Assembly: GCF_001642725.1 (NCBI RefSeq)
Contig: NZ_LSUQ01000026.1
Span: forward strand, 1 to 35,464
Reading direction: 5' to 3'
DNA: 35,464 nt
From: Ferroacidibacillus organovorans
GTDB taxonomy: Bacteria > Bacillota > Bacilli > Alicyclobacillales > SLC66
Shown here: positions 8,863-17,092 of the stretch, piece by piece
Layout: each line of letters opens with the position of its first letter
Numbering within the stretch: the first letter of the stretch is position 1
Translations under genes and position numbers: made by a program
Notes under the pieces: model-generated
Database searches by the model: none
What the model saw: the letters and a program-made list of their open reading frames with translations, nothing else
What the model was told of the DNA's origin: nothing

Positions 8863-9909
8863 TTATGTAAGCATGCGACCAAGGGTCGACACGTCATAGG
8901 GACCGCTGATTTTTAGTGTCGCCAAAAAACGATCGGACGCGAGCGTTTGCAGCGCGTGTGAAACGACCGGATGGACTAAATCCACCGCAAACGACAGCAC
9001 AGACGAATCCTCGCTCAGTGACACAAAATCAAGGTTGCACGCGTACGCCTCCGGTTCTGGCATGACGCCTAGATCCGCAAAGCGACACGCCACAGCTTCT
9101 GCGACATGCGCGTGCGACGGGAGTTCCACATCGTATCCCGCAAGTGTGTCTACGTGTGCGTCATTTTCGTGTGACCAGCGATCAAGCGCCTGACGAGCAC
9201 CGGCGCCGCGCGGTCGATTGACCAGGCGCATCGCCTTGATGCGCTCAGCGTCAGGCGGTGCAAAACGCTCCCCCGCAAAGCCAAATCCGAGTCGATAGCG
9301 CGTGAATTGCAGGCGCGCTTTGACCTCTTTGTCTTCGTCAAAAGACAGCCCCTGACCGAAATGCGTCGCGACGGCATGCACCCTTTTTTCGGCGAGGTAC
9401 GCACGCGCCGTTTGATTGTCGCAGTTGATCCAGTACGCGACCGTTTTCCCTGCGGCGAGATTGATCGCCTGTACCCAGAGTCCAAGCGCACTGTCACAGC
9501 CAGCCACCAAAAAGACTTCGTCAGGATGAGCGCCATACGCCGCATTCATGACGCGGATGTGCGCGCCTCTTACTTCTGATACGCGCGCGTTTGGAAGCAC
9601 CGCATCCAATCGGCGGTTGCCTTCTTGGCGTCCAGCGTGAACAACCGTTTGCCCCGCGATTCGGGCAAGGATCAACGGATCGCCCACGCGCATGCCGGGC
9701 ATGTGAAAGGAAGGTCTCTCATCAAGAAAAAAGAGGTCTTCTACGCGACAGTGAAAAATTTGCGCGAGCGTAAGCGCCGTCGCCGTGTTTGGAATGACCG
9801 CGCCTTTTTCGATCGCACTGAGCGCCTGACGCGTAACGCCTGTGCGCAGCGCGAGATCCTCTTGCGTTAGCGATGCGCGCTGGCGCATCTCCCGCAGCCT
9901 GTTTTGCAT
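8863..9909 (-). CDS. XRE-family HTH regulator fused to a PBP-like (molybdate-binding-type) domain
   Basis: N-terminal HTH (NRLREMRQRASLTQEDLA..GVTRQALSAIEKG..P..ATAL.LA..F...VEDLF); C-terminal AGCD, LVNR..GAGAR, GY....SH..VA.AV....ADLGV motifs. Confidence 0.85.
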   Translation of the reverse strand: MQNRLREMRQRASLTQEDLALRTGVTRQALSAIEKGAVIPNTATALTLAQIFHCRVEDLFFLDERPSFHMPGMRVGDPLILARIAGQTVVHAGRQEGNRRLDAVLPNARVSEVRGAHIRVMNAAYGAHPDEVFLVAGCDSALGLWVQAINLAAGKTVAYWINCDNQTARAYLAEKRVHAVATHFGQGLSFDEDKEVKARLQFTRYRLGFGFAGERFAPPDAERIKAMRLVNRPRGAGARQALDRWSHENDAHVDTLAGYDVELPSHAHVAEAVACRFADLGVMPEPEAYACNLDFVSLSEDSSVLSFAVDLVHPVVSHALQTLASDRFLATLKISGPYDVSTLGRMLT

Positions 9910-9980
9910 GGATGCCCCTCTCTTAAACTCCGAATAGCAAACAAAGAAAACATGAAGGTAAAAATAATTGCACGCTATAG

Positions 9981-10009
9981 ATCATGAAGGAAGGTGGGTG
10001 ATCTGTCAA
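9981..10009 (-). promoter_or_regulatory. SigA-type promoter for the regulator/Mo-W transporter operon
   Basis: Minus strand TTGACA (10009-10004), 17 bp, CATGAT (9986-9981). Confidence 0.55.
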
Positions 10010-10053
10010 GTGCGATCCCAACCACCTGCGCGAGCGCACCCATTCAGGCATTT

Positions 10054-10800
10054 TTAGTCAGCCAAGATCGCCGCGAACACTTCAGCTTGCCGCTCATAAA
10101 AGCAGAGATCCGCGCGTTCGTCGAGGTCGGTTGGCTCAAGGTTGATGACGACACGCTTTGCAGCGTGCGATGCGTACTGCGGGAGGCTGGCGACCGGCTC
10201 CACGGTCAGGCTGCTTCCGATGATCAAAAGGAGATCTGCGCGTGCAACCGCGTAAAACGCCTCTTGGTAGTGACGCACAGGTTGCTCAAACAGCACGATA
10301 TCCGGTTGCAGAATTTCCTGACAGTCACCGCCTTTTAGCGTGTACGCGTGACAGTGCGGAACGTCATTCGCAAGAATTGCGTCGAGCGTGTAGCGCGCGC
10401 CACAGCGTGGACAAAACGCCGCATGAATATTTCCATGTAACTCAAGCACATGAGCGCTTCCCGCCGCCGCGTGGAGTCCGTCCACATTCTGTGTGAGAAT
10501 CGTGATGTCCTTTCCCATGCGCTCGAGTTCCGCCAGCGCGAGATGCCCCGGATTGGGTTTTGCCGCGAGGAATTCAGGACGCAGAAAAACAGCCTTATAC
10601 TCGGGCCAGAACCCCTCCGGGTCGGCGCGATAAAACGAGTCAGACATGCGTTGCGCGCGCGTCTCGTCCTCAAAGAAACCACCTGCGCTGCGAAAGTCAG
10701 GGATGCCTGATTCGGTGCTCATTCCCGCTCCCGTGAGAACAACCAGGCGCTTGCTCGCTTCGATTAATGATCTCAAAAGCGCAACTTTTGAAGGATTCAC
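10054..10800 (-). CDS. cobB: NAD-dependent protein deacylase (sirtuin, CobB/SrtN family)
   Basis: GAGMSTESGIPDFRS, TQNVDGLH, ELHGN (catalytic His), CPRC plus a second Cys pair, PDIVLF, GSSL.VEP, INLEPT. Confidence 0.93.
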   Translation of the reverse strand: MNPSKVALLRSLIEASKRLVVLTGAGMSTESGIPDFRSAGGFFEDETRAQRMSDSFYRADPEGFWPEYKAVFLRPEFLAAKPNPGHLALAELERMGKDITILTQNVDGLHAAAGSAHVLELHGNIHAAFCPRCGARYTLDAILANDVPHCHAYTLKGGDCQEILQPDIVLFEQPVRHYQEAFYAVARADLLLIIGSSLTVEPVASLPQYASHAAKRVVINLEPTDLDERADLCFYERQAEVFAAILAD

Positions 10801-13283
10801 GAGGTTTCGCCCCCACTCCTAGCATCCGGATGAAACAAAAAGCTAATGCGCTTTGCCTGAACAAAAACATGATCGCCCCGCACGGTGATGCACCCAAGGG
10901 TCAGCGCGCTTATCTCCGGGCTCTCATCAACAAGCGTCGAGATGCGCAAGAGAAGCTCTGAAAGTGATCGCGCGGGAGGCGGGAACTCGTCCACCCCAGC
11001 GGGCGCCAAAGCAGCGCTTTGCAGCGCGCGCAGTTTCAGCGCGTGTAACGCCAGTTCGCGCGCATCCACATCGGTGAGCGGCGTGATGCGAAGCGCGTCC
11101 GGATCGCGTGGGAGCACGTCTGACGGGCTGCCGTCTTCTCCGTCATTTAGCGTTAGCAAAAGCCCGAAGAGCGGATCGGATACGACGCGCAAAGAGAACA
11201 CATTTTCATCACTCCTCCCGCCTTCTGCTGCAACAGATCGCATAGCGTTAGGCGTCTGCCCCTGATCGTCAAGGTCAACGCCACACAAGTTCATAAGCGT
11301 GCGCGCAGATTCCCCACAAAGCCTATCGGCACGCGATTTGCAGGCGATCATCTCTGCGCGAATCGCCGCGTGATCCCATCCTTCAAATTCGGGAATGGAG
11401 CCGCGACTCTCCGCTTTGCGAAACGCGTACTCAGCCACTTTAGAGAGCGCGCGTACCGCCTGTTCTGGAAACGGATAGATCGGAATCGCGACGCCGCCCA
11501 CTGCAATGGCGCGCGGTTTTTCTTCGCCCATCATCAACAGATTGGCCACCACAGGCTTTTGCTCATCCTGCGCGCTATCCGCGTAAACTTCGTTTACAGC
11601 CTCGCCGATTGCCCGTAACACCGCCCCTTCATCCACGACGCCAACGGGTGTGAAAATCACGATCACTGCGTCGACGGCAGGATCGCGCAGGACATGGGGC
11701 AGCACATCACGGTAGCTGTTTGCCAATTCTTCAAATCCGAGGTTGACAAGCGGGCCGACAAACTGGAGCCCTTCGCGCGTAAGCGTATCTGCCGCGATCA
11801 CAGCGCCACCCGCCGTATTCGTCACGATGGCGACACGTCGTCCGCGCGGCATGCGCTTTGTCGAAAGCAGTGCGGCGACGTCAAAGATGTCTTGGAGCGT
11901 ATCCACGCGAATGATGCCGGTCTGACGAAACAGCGCATCGACGAGCAGATCCGATGCGATCTGTGTGGTCTGACGCGTATCTGAGAGCGCGACGCCCGCC
12001 GCTGTGCGCGCGCTCTTGACGACGAGTATCGGTTTGTTTGGCGCCATTCTGCGTACAATGCGCGAGAATTTACGCGGATTTCCAAACGACTCCAAATAAA
12101 GCGCAACCATCTCCGTCTCCGGATCATCTTCCCAATACTGAAGAAGGTCATTGCCAGAAACGTCAGCTCGATTGCCAAGGCTTACAAACGAAGCGATGCC
12201 AACGCCTATGCGCGTTGCGTATTCCAGAATCGCGACGCCAAGCGCTCCCGAGTGGCTTGCGATGGCTAGGGCGCCACGCTTTGGCATGACAGGTGAGAAG
12301 CTGGCGTTGAGCGATACATCGCAATCGGTGTTGACAACGCCCATCCCATTTGGCCCAAGCAGCCGCCCTCCTGCCCCGCGCACGAGCGCTACCATCTCTT
12401 CTTGGCGCGCTGCACCTTGCGCGTCCGCCTCGGCAAATCCAGATGACGCAACCATAATGGCGCGAATGCCCGCTTGAACGCATGATGCGACAACCGTCGA
12501 TGCCTGTTTTGCTGGCACGACGATGACAGCGAGATCGATTGGATCGGGGATTTCGGCCACATCCTGATAGGCGCGTACACCCGAGATCGCATACGCAGTC
12601 GGATTAACCGGGAAAACGGCGCCTTGATACGCTGACAGCAAGATGTGCCGCAGCAACAGGTGTCCAAGGCGCACGGGATTGCGCGACGCACCGATGAGCG
12701 CGATTGCGCGGGGACGAAAAAAAGGCGCGAGAGAGCGAGCTGTCGCCGCCTTTTCACGGCTCTCGCGCAAGTGACGACTCTGTTCTGTCAGCGCCAGCGG
12801 AAGTTCATAGCGAATGGTCGTAAACGTCGCGTCGCTCTTGACCGCATAGCCACTCTGGCGAAAAACATGCTGCATCGCGGTGTTTTCGCGAAGCACATGC
12901 GCCTCAAACCGCGTGATGCCATGCCGCCAGGCATGCTCTGCCAGATGCTCCAAAAGAAGCGTTCCCAGACCCATATTTCGCAACTGGTCATCAACGAGAA
13001 ACGCGACTTCTGCCATCGCATCTTCACCGCGCATGTAGTGGCCCATCGCGAGCGTCTCCTCCCTCGCGATGCAAAGGAGCGTGATTCCCTGCGCGCCGCC
13101 GTCCGCAATCATTCCGCGGATCATCGCGTCACTCACATGCTTTACGACGTGCATGAATCGCGCGTATAGACTATCTCTTGACACGCGCTCATACAGTGAG
13201 CGAATGCGTGCCACGTCGTCCTCCGACTGGGTGGCGACCACCATGGTTGCCACGCGTCCGTCACGTAAGATGATGCGCGTCAT
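10797..13283 (-). CDS. Pat-type protein lysine acyltransferase: N-terminal GNAT fused to an NDP-forming acyl-CoA-synthetase-like region
   Basis: GNAT: SLYARF, AEVAFLV.D..R.MGLGTLLL, VLREN..M..VF...GY. CoA-binding region: P..IA.IGAS, FPVNP, DLAVIVVPA, LLGPN.MG, S.SGALG, SLGNRADV, YLESFGNPRKF. Start moved to ATG 13283 (GGAGGGG RBS). Confidence 0.87.
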   Translation of the reverse strand: MTRIILRDGRVATMVVATQSEDDVARIRSLYERVSRDSLYARFMHVVKHVSDAMIRGMIADGGAQGITLLCIAREETLAMGHYMRGEDAMAEVAFLVDDQLRNMGLGTLLLEHLAEHAWRHGITRFEAHVLRENTAMQHVFRQSGYAVKSDATFTTIRYELPLALTEQSRHLRESREKAATARSLAPFFRPRAIALIGASRNPVRLGHLLLRHILLSAYQGAVFPVNPTAYAISGVRAYQDVAEIPDPIDLAVIVVPAKQASTVVASCVQAGIRAIMVASSGFAEADAQGAARQEEMVALVRGAGGRLLGPNGMGVVNTDCDVSLNASFSPVMPKRGALAIASHSGALGVAILEYATRIGVGIASFVSLGNRADVSGNDLLQYWEDDPETEMVALYLESFGNPRKFSRIVRRMAPNKPILVVKSARTAAGVALSDTRQTTQIASDLLVDALFRQTGIIRVDTLQDIFDVAALLSTKRMPRGRRVAIVTNTAGGAVIAADTLTREGLQFVGPLVNLGFEELANSYRDVLPHVLRDPAVDAVIVIFTPVGVVDEGAVLRAIGEAVNEVYADSAQDEQKPVVANLLMMGEEKPRAIAVGGVAIPIYPFPEQAVRALSKVAEYAFRKAESRGSIPEFEGWDHAAIRAEMIACKSRADRLCGESARTLMNLCGVDLDDQGQTPNAMRSVAAEGGRSDENVFSLRVVSDPLFGLLLTLNDGEDGSPSDVLPRDPDALRITPLTDVDARELALHALKLRALQSAALAPAGVDEFPPPARSLSELLLRISTLVDESPEISALTLGCITVRGDHVFVQAKRISFLFHPDARSGGETS

Positions 13284-13731
13284 CGCGATCCCCTCCCTCA
13301 GCCTCATCGCCGTGAAGCGGTGGAAGTGTCATCGTCTTGACTTGCTCTGCAAGATTAGAATCGAGAATGCGCAGTGTCACAATCGGCAGTTGAAGCAATG
13401 CAATCCGCTGCTCGGGGACGACGCGTTCAAATAAATCGCGTGGAAGATGATCAAAGACGCGCTGTGTGTCGCGAAGGAGCGACTCGATATCGATTTGTTC
13501 ATAGACCGGCCGAATCGATTGCATATACGCTTTTGCGCGCAGCCACATTGGGTAGGCGCCGCGCACATTTCCATTTTCGAGATGATAGAGACAGACTGCC
13601 GCTTGAATGAGTCCTTTGAGAGCCTCTGGTCGCCCCGAATCAAGCCATAAAGATTCACCGTATTCGTGACAGAGGAAATAGTCGCGTCGAATGTTATAGC
13701 AGTGAAGATACGCAAGCAGCCGCTCGTCCAA
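13261..13731 (-). CDS. DUF309 family protein
   Basis: YFLCHEYGESLW, LKGLIQAAV.LYHLENGN.RGA signature. Start moved to TTG 13731 (GAAGGG RBS) to remove the overlap with the GGDEF gene. Confidence 0.82.
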   Translation of the reverse strand: MDERLLAYLHCYNIRRDYFLCHEYGESLWLDSGRPEALKGLIQAAVCLYHLENGNVRGAYPMWLRAKAYMQSIRPVYEQIDIESLLRDTQRVFDHLPRDLFERVVPEQRIALLQLPIVTLRILDSNLAEQVKTMTLPPLHGDEAEGGDRDDAHHLT

Positions 13732-13777
13732 TGTCAAAATCCCTTCATGGCGCGATGCGCGTCGCGCGAGATGTGTC

Positions 13778-15046
13778 TCACTCGATCGCATACGCGACAA
13801 CCCGATTTTTGCCACTTCTCTTTGCCGCATAGAGCGCGTGATCCGCGTGAATCAAGAGTGTCTCTGGAAGCTGGCCATCTTTTGGCGCATACGCAAATCC
13901 GATGCTCGGGGTGACCCTGATTGTCCAATCATCATAGAGAATCTTTTCAGATAGCGCCGCGAGAACATGTTCTGCAAAGGACTGCGCCTCATCCAGTGAA
14001 GTGAGTCTACATACAACAACGCAAAACTCATCGCCTCCCAACCGAAACGCGCTCACGTGCTTGCTCTCGATCTCTTGCAAGCGCTCGGAAACACCGCAAA
14101 TCAGCGCATCGCCTGCGTGATGGCCATACGTGTCATTCACGCGCTTGAACTCATCCAAATCAATTAAAAGAATGGCGACACCTAAATGTGGCTTGCTTGC
14201 CGCGAGACACGCTTTGATGTGCGCGTCAAGACTTCTGCGATTTAGTAGGTGCGTCAATGGATCGTGGTACGCCAAAAACTCAACCTGCGCTTTCGCATTC
14301 TTTTCCTCGGTGATGTCTGTGGTGATCCCAAAAACGCCGACAATTTGCCCGTTGATGGTCATCGGCACGTATGTCACACTGAGTTGAATGTTACTACCTG
14401 ACTTGTGAATGGTAACCATCTCGAAGGTCGAAGCGGTTCCTTTCAGCGCCTGTCGAAAATTTCGGATCGCCGTCACGCGATCATCCGGGTGAACGTATTT
14501 GAGCGAAGAGCTCCCGATCAACTCATCTGCAGAGTATCCGGTCAACCGCTCCGTCGCCGGATTGACCTGCGTAAAGACACCGCTCCCATCCATCGCGTAG
14601 ATTGCATTCGGGTTGAATTCAAACAAGGAGCGAAAGCGCTGCTCGTTGATGCGAACCAATTCCCACGCCTTGCGAATCTCCGTGACGTCTCGCCCAACGA
14701 CCAGCACGCCGACCCACTCACCCGCCTCATAAATCGGTTTTGCGTGTACTTCAAGGTGAATATATTCATTGTTTGCATTTTTAAATTGGAAATCGGTTGC
14801 AATACCGTCGATATGATTGGGAAGCATAAAAAAGCGATCCTTGATACGCGCTTGATCGCTTGGGTGAAGATAAGAAAACGCACTTTTATGAAGTAATTCG
14901 TCAACGCCATAGCCGAGTTTAAAATGATGGGACGGAGATGCGTACACATAGTTTCCTTCGCGGTCAAGGAATACGATCATGTCCGTCATATTTTCAGCAA
15001 TCAGGCGATACATTTGCTCGCGGTTAGGCGTAAACGACAAGTTCAT
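13778..15046 (-). CDS. Soluble PAS-PAS-GGDEF diguanylate cyclase
   Basis: Two PAS/PAC repeats (YASPS...LGY..HPSD..RDVT; VNPA...LTGY..HPDD..DIT); HDPLT.L.NR, IDLDEFK.VNDTYGH.AGD, intact RLGGDEF, SIG, ADHALY.AK.SGKN. Confidence 0.92.
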   Translation of the reverse strand: MNLSFTPNREQMYRLIAENMTDMIVFLDREGNYVYASPSHHFKLGYGVDELLHKSAFSYLHPSDQARIKDRFFMLPNHIDGIATDFQFKNANNEYIHLEVHAKPIYEAGEWVGVLVVGRDVTEIRKAWELVRINEQRFRSLFEFNPNAIYAMDGSGVFTQVNPATERLTGYSADELIGSSSLKYVHPDDRVTAIRNFRQALKGTASTFEMVTIHKSGSNIQLSVTYVPMTINGQIVGVFGITTDITEEKNAKAQVEFLAYHDPLTHLLNRRSLDAHIKACLAASKPHLGVAILLIDLDEFKRVNDTYGHHAGDALICGVSERLQEIESKHVSAFRLGGDEFCVVVCRLTSLDEAQSFAEHVLAALSEKILYDDWTIRVTPSIGFAYAPKDGQLPETLLIHADHALYAAKRSGKNRVVAYAIE

Positions 15047-15087
15047 TCTCCTTGGGCCAAAAGCCTTATGATCGAACCTTGTCTCTA

Positions 15088-15116
15088 ATTCTATAACAAT
15101 TTAGAAAGTCTTGGAA
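15088..15116 (-). promoter_or_regulatory. SigA-type promoter for the diguanylate cyclase
   Basis: Minus strand TTCCAA (15116-15111), 17 bp, TAGAAT (15093-15088). Confidence 0.5.
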
Positions 15117-15125
15117 TAGCGTTTC

Positions 15126-15449
15126 TCACAGTGCGCGAAATTCGTGAACCCAAAATGTGAGGTCAGGTCCAAAATGCGCATTCGAATGCATTTCCGACAG
15201 GTGACGATGGTACGCTGAGAGCGTTTCATAGCCTTCCTTTTGCGCATCTTCATCCGAAATGTCGCGAAACTGTTGAGTGTACACCGCAGTCAGTTCAAAG
15301 GGATGGCCCGCAAGGGTGAAGCGATCACCTGGGTCGCCATAGCGTTTGCTTCTGCGTTGAGCGCGTTTGGATCCGTCGAGCGCTTTTTTTGTATCCATCG
15401 GATCCGTGATCAAACGCTCCAGAGAACGGGGTTGTGGAACATTTTCCAT
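15126..15449 (-). CDS. ASCH domain protein
   Basis: G.K.A.RR, PGD.F.L, IS.EDA.KEGY, WVHEF pattern of ASCH (PUA-like) proteins; GGAGG RBS. Confidence 0.75.
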   Translation of the reverse strand: MENVPQPRSLERLITDPMDTKKALDGSKRAQRRSKRYGDPGDRFTLAGHPFELTAVYTQQFRDISDEDAQKEGYETLSAYHRHLSEMHSNAHFGPDLTFWVHEFRAL

Positions 15450-15468
15450 TCGCGAAACCTCCTGTTTT

Positions 15469-15509
15469 GTACGCGTGGCGTGATGTACATTTCGTACGCG
15501 TGATGTACA
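15469..15509. repeat. Short direct repeats between rnpB and the ASCH gene
   Basis: GCGTGATGTACA at 15478-15489 and 15498-15509 (20-bp period); GTACGCGTG at 15469-15477 and 15494-15502. Confidence 0.6.
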
Positions 15510-15579
15510 CAGTGTTTGCGCGCGCTGTGAATCCTACCCGAGGAAATACGCTATAAAAGAGAGCAATAAAAAATAATGA

Positions 15580-15993
15580 GCGCGAGCAAGCAATAAGCCG
15601 AGTTCTGTCTCCTCACGTACTCAGACAGCCATCAACGTTCATGGCCTCGCACGAATTGAGGTGGCAATCATCTATCTAGGCGACGCATCTCTGCGCCACT
15701 CAAGCAACCTACCCGAGTGCGTGGCGGGTCACCACAATGCACTCCTATGCGGTCTTGCTCCAGGTGGGGTTTACCTAGCCGACGCGTCACCGCGCCGCTG
15801 GTGCGCTCTTACCGCACCGTTGCATCCTTGCCTGTGAAGCATCACTGCTCCCATCGGCGGTCTCCATTTCTGTGGCACTTTCCTTAGGATTGCTCCCACT
15901 GGGGGTTACCCAGCACCACGCCCTGTGGAGCTCGGACTTTCCTCCCGTGCGACCTTTCGGTGCTGCACCGGCGATTGCCTCGCTTACTCGCGC
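15580..15993 (-). ncRNA. rnpB: RNase P RNA, bacterial type A
   Basis: Minus strand GAGGAAAGTCCGAGC, AGTGCCACAGAAA, GGTAAACCCC, TAGATAGATGATT, ACAGAACTCGGCTTAT; P1 GCGCGAGTAAGCGA/TTGCTTGCTCGCGC; P13 and P14 hairpins present. Confidence 0.96.
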
Positions 15994-15999
15994 CTGCCT

Positions 16000-16029
16000 G
16001 TTATATCATAGAGCATGGGATTGTTGCAA
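16000..16029 (-). promoter_or_regulatory. SigA promoter of rnpB
   Basis: Minus strand TTGCAA, 18 bp, TATAAC with a TGn extended -10; ends 6 nt before P1. Confidence 0.65.
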
Positions 16030-16078
16030 TCGCGCTTTTTCTCAACGCGATCATTTTCTTCCAATTCCACACTGAGGT

Positions 16079-16104
16079 TGAACCTGTTGGGGTGCACATG
16101 CGTC
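16079..16104 (+). promoter_or_regulatory. ECF-sigma autoregulatory promoter
   Basis: TGAACC (16079-16084), 16 bp, CGTC (16101-16104); matches the AAC-N16/17-CGT ECF consensus directly upstream of the ECF sigma gene. Confidence 0.75.
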
Positions 16105-16127
16105 TCTTTTTTTAGAGCCACGAGGAG

Positions 16128-16679
16128 GTGGACGGCGCGCGATACGACGACCCTGCACTGCTTGAGCTTGTGGAACGGGCGATGCGCGGGGAGCAAAACG
16201 CGATCAGCGATTTAATTCGAACATCTGCGCGCCTCGCCTACCCCGTGGCATACGGCATTTTGCAAAATCGCCACGACGCTGAGGATGCCGTGTCTGAAGC
16301 GATGTATAAAGTCATCAAAAACTTACACCGCGTCGAGACGAGCGCCGCATACCGCGGCTGGCTCACCACACTGACGAGTCGAACCGCAATCGATCTGAGT
16401 CGGCGGCGGGCGCGGCGCCAGGCACGCGAAGAAGTGCATGAGCATGTTCCCGAAACTCAGGCGCACGACACAGACGCAAGCGATCGGCTCGCCCTACGGG
16501 AGGCGCTGGCAGAACTCACTCCAGAGCATCGCGCAGTCTTACTCTTGCGTGAGCGTGACGGATATGATTACAAAGAAATCAGCGTCATGTTACAACTTCC
16601 GCTCGGCACCGTTAAATCGCGCCTCGCCTATGCGCGAAAGGCGCTTGAAAAACAATTGGAGATCCCACTTAACGAGTGA
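16128..16679 (+). CDS. ECF-family RNA polymerase sigma factor
   Basis: Region 2 DAEDAVSE...WL....RTAIDL.RR; region 4 L.PEHRAVLLLR...GYDYKEIS..L.LPLGTVKSRL..AR; GAGGAG RBS. Confidence 0.93.
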   Translation: MDGARYDDPALLELVERAMRGEQNAISDLIRTSARLAYPVAYGILQNRHDAEDAVSEAMYKVIKNLHRVETSAAYRGWLTTLTSRTAIDLSRRRARRQAREEVHEHVPETQAHDTDASDRLALREALAELTPEHRAVLLLRERDGYDYKEISVMLQLPLGTVKSRLAYARKALEKQLEIPLNE

Positions 16680-17092
16680 TGATAGGATGTGAGCCATTGA
16701 AAATTCGGATTCCTCACCTTCAAGAAAAACCGTTGGCAGAACTTGAGGATTCAGTCAAATCACACGTACTCGCGGCGTTTGAAGAAGTTGCGGACGAGGC
16801 GTGGATCGAACAACTGGTCTGCGCGCTGCAAACCAAGTTAAGTCGGCGGACGCAGCGGGCCATTCGCGTGACGGCCTGGATCAGCGCTGTCGGCTTCCTC
16901 TCTCCGCTCGTGCTCTTTATCGCGTTTCTCGTGAGCCCGTTTTGGCGCGTGACAACGTCCTTCATGACCATTGCACCACACGCGCTCGCGTTAAAGTCGG
17001 GCGCTCTCCCACTACTTGGCGGTCTTGCGCTTATCGCTTTTTGCGTCCTCCTGACCCTCTTCGCCGTGCGGCTTGTCCGGGTATCGACATGA
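16676..17092 (+). CDS. Putative membrane-anchored anti-sigma factor
   Basis: GTGA overlap with the sigma stop; soluble N-terminus of about 60 aa followed by two hydrophobic segments. Confidence 0.6.
   Translation: MMIGCEPLKIRIPHLQEKPLAELEDSVKSHVLAAFEEVADEAWIEQLVCALQTKLSRRTQRAIRVTAWISAVGFLSPLVLFIAFLVSPFWRVTTSFMTIAPHALALKSGALPLLGGLALIAFCVLLTLFAVRLVRVST

Noticed and set aside
9910..10053. Moco/Wco riboswitch upstream of the Mo/W operon
   Set aside because: The leader is short and AT-rich and I could not find the conserved multi-stem motif; an Rfam scan would settle it
10054..10800. Sirtuin as an anti-phage SIR2 NADase (Thoeris/DSR/Sir2-HerA type)
   Set aside because: It has the canonical zinc-binding deacylase motifs and sits next to a Pat acyltransferase; no defence partner genes nearby
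15469..15509. CRISPR-like array
   Set aside because: Only two short copies with an 8-bp spacer and no cas genes
15872..16215. Small ORFs 15872..16075, 15984..16196 and 16015..16215
   Set aside because: They overlap RNase P RNA and the two divergent promoters; no recognisable protein features
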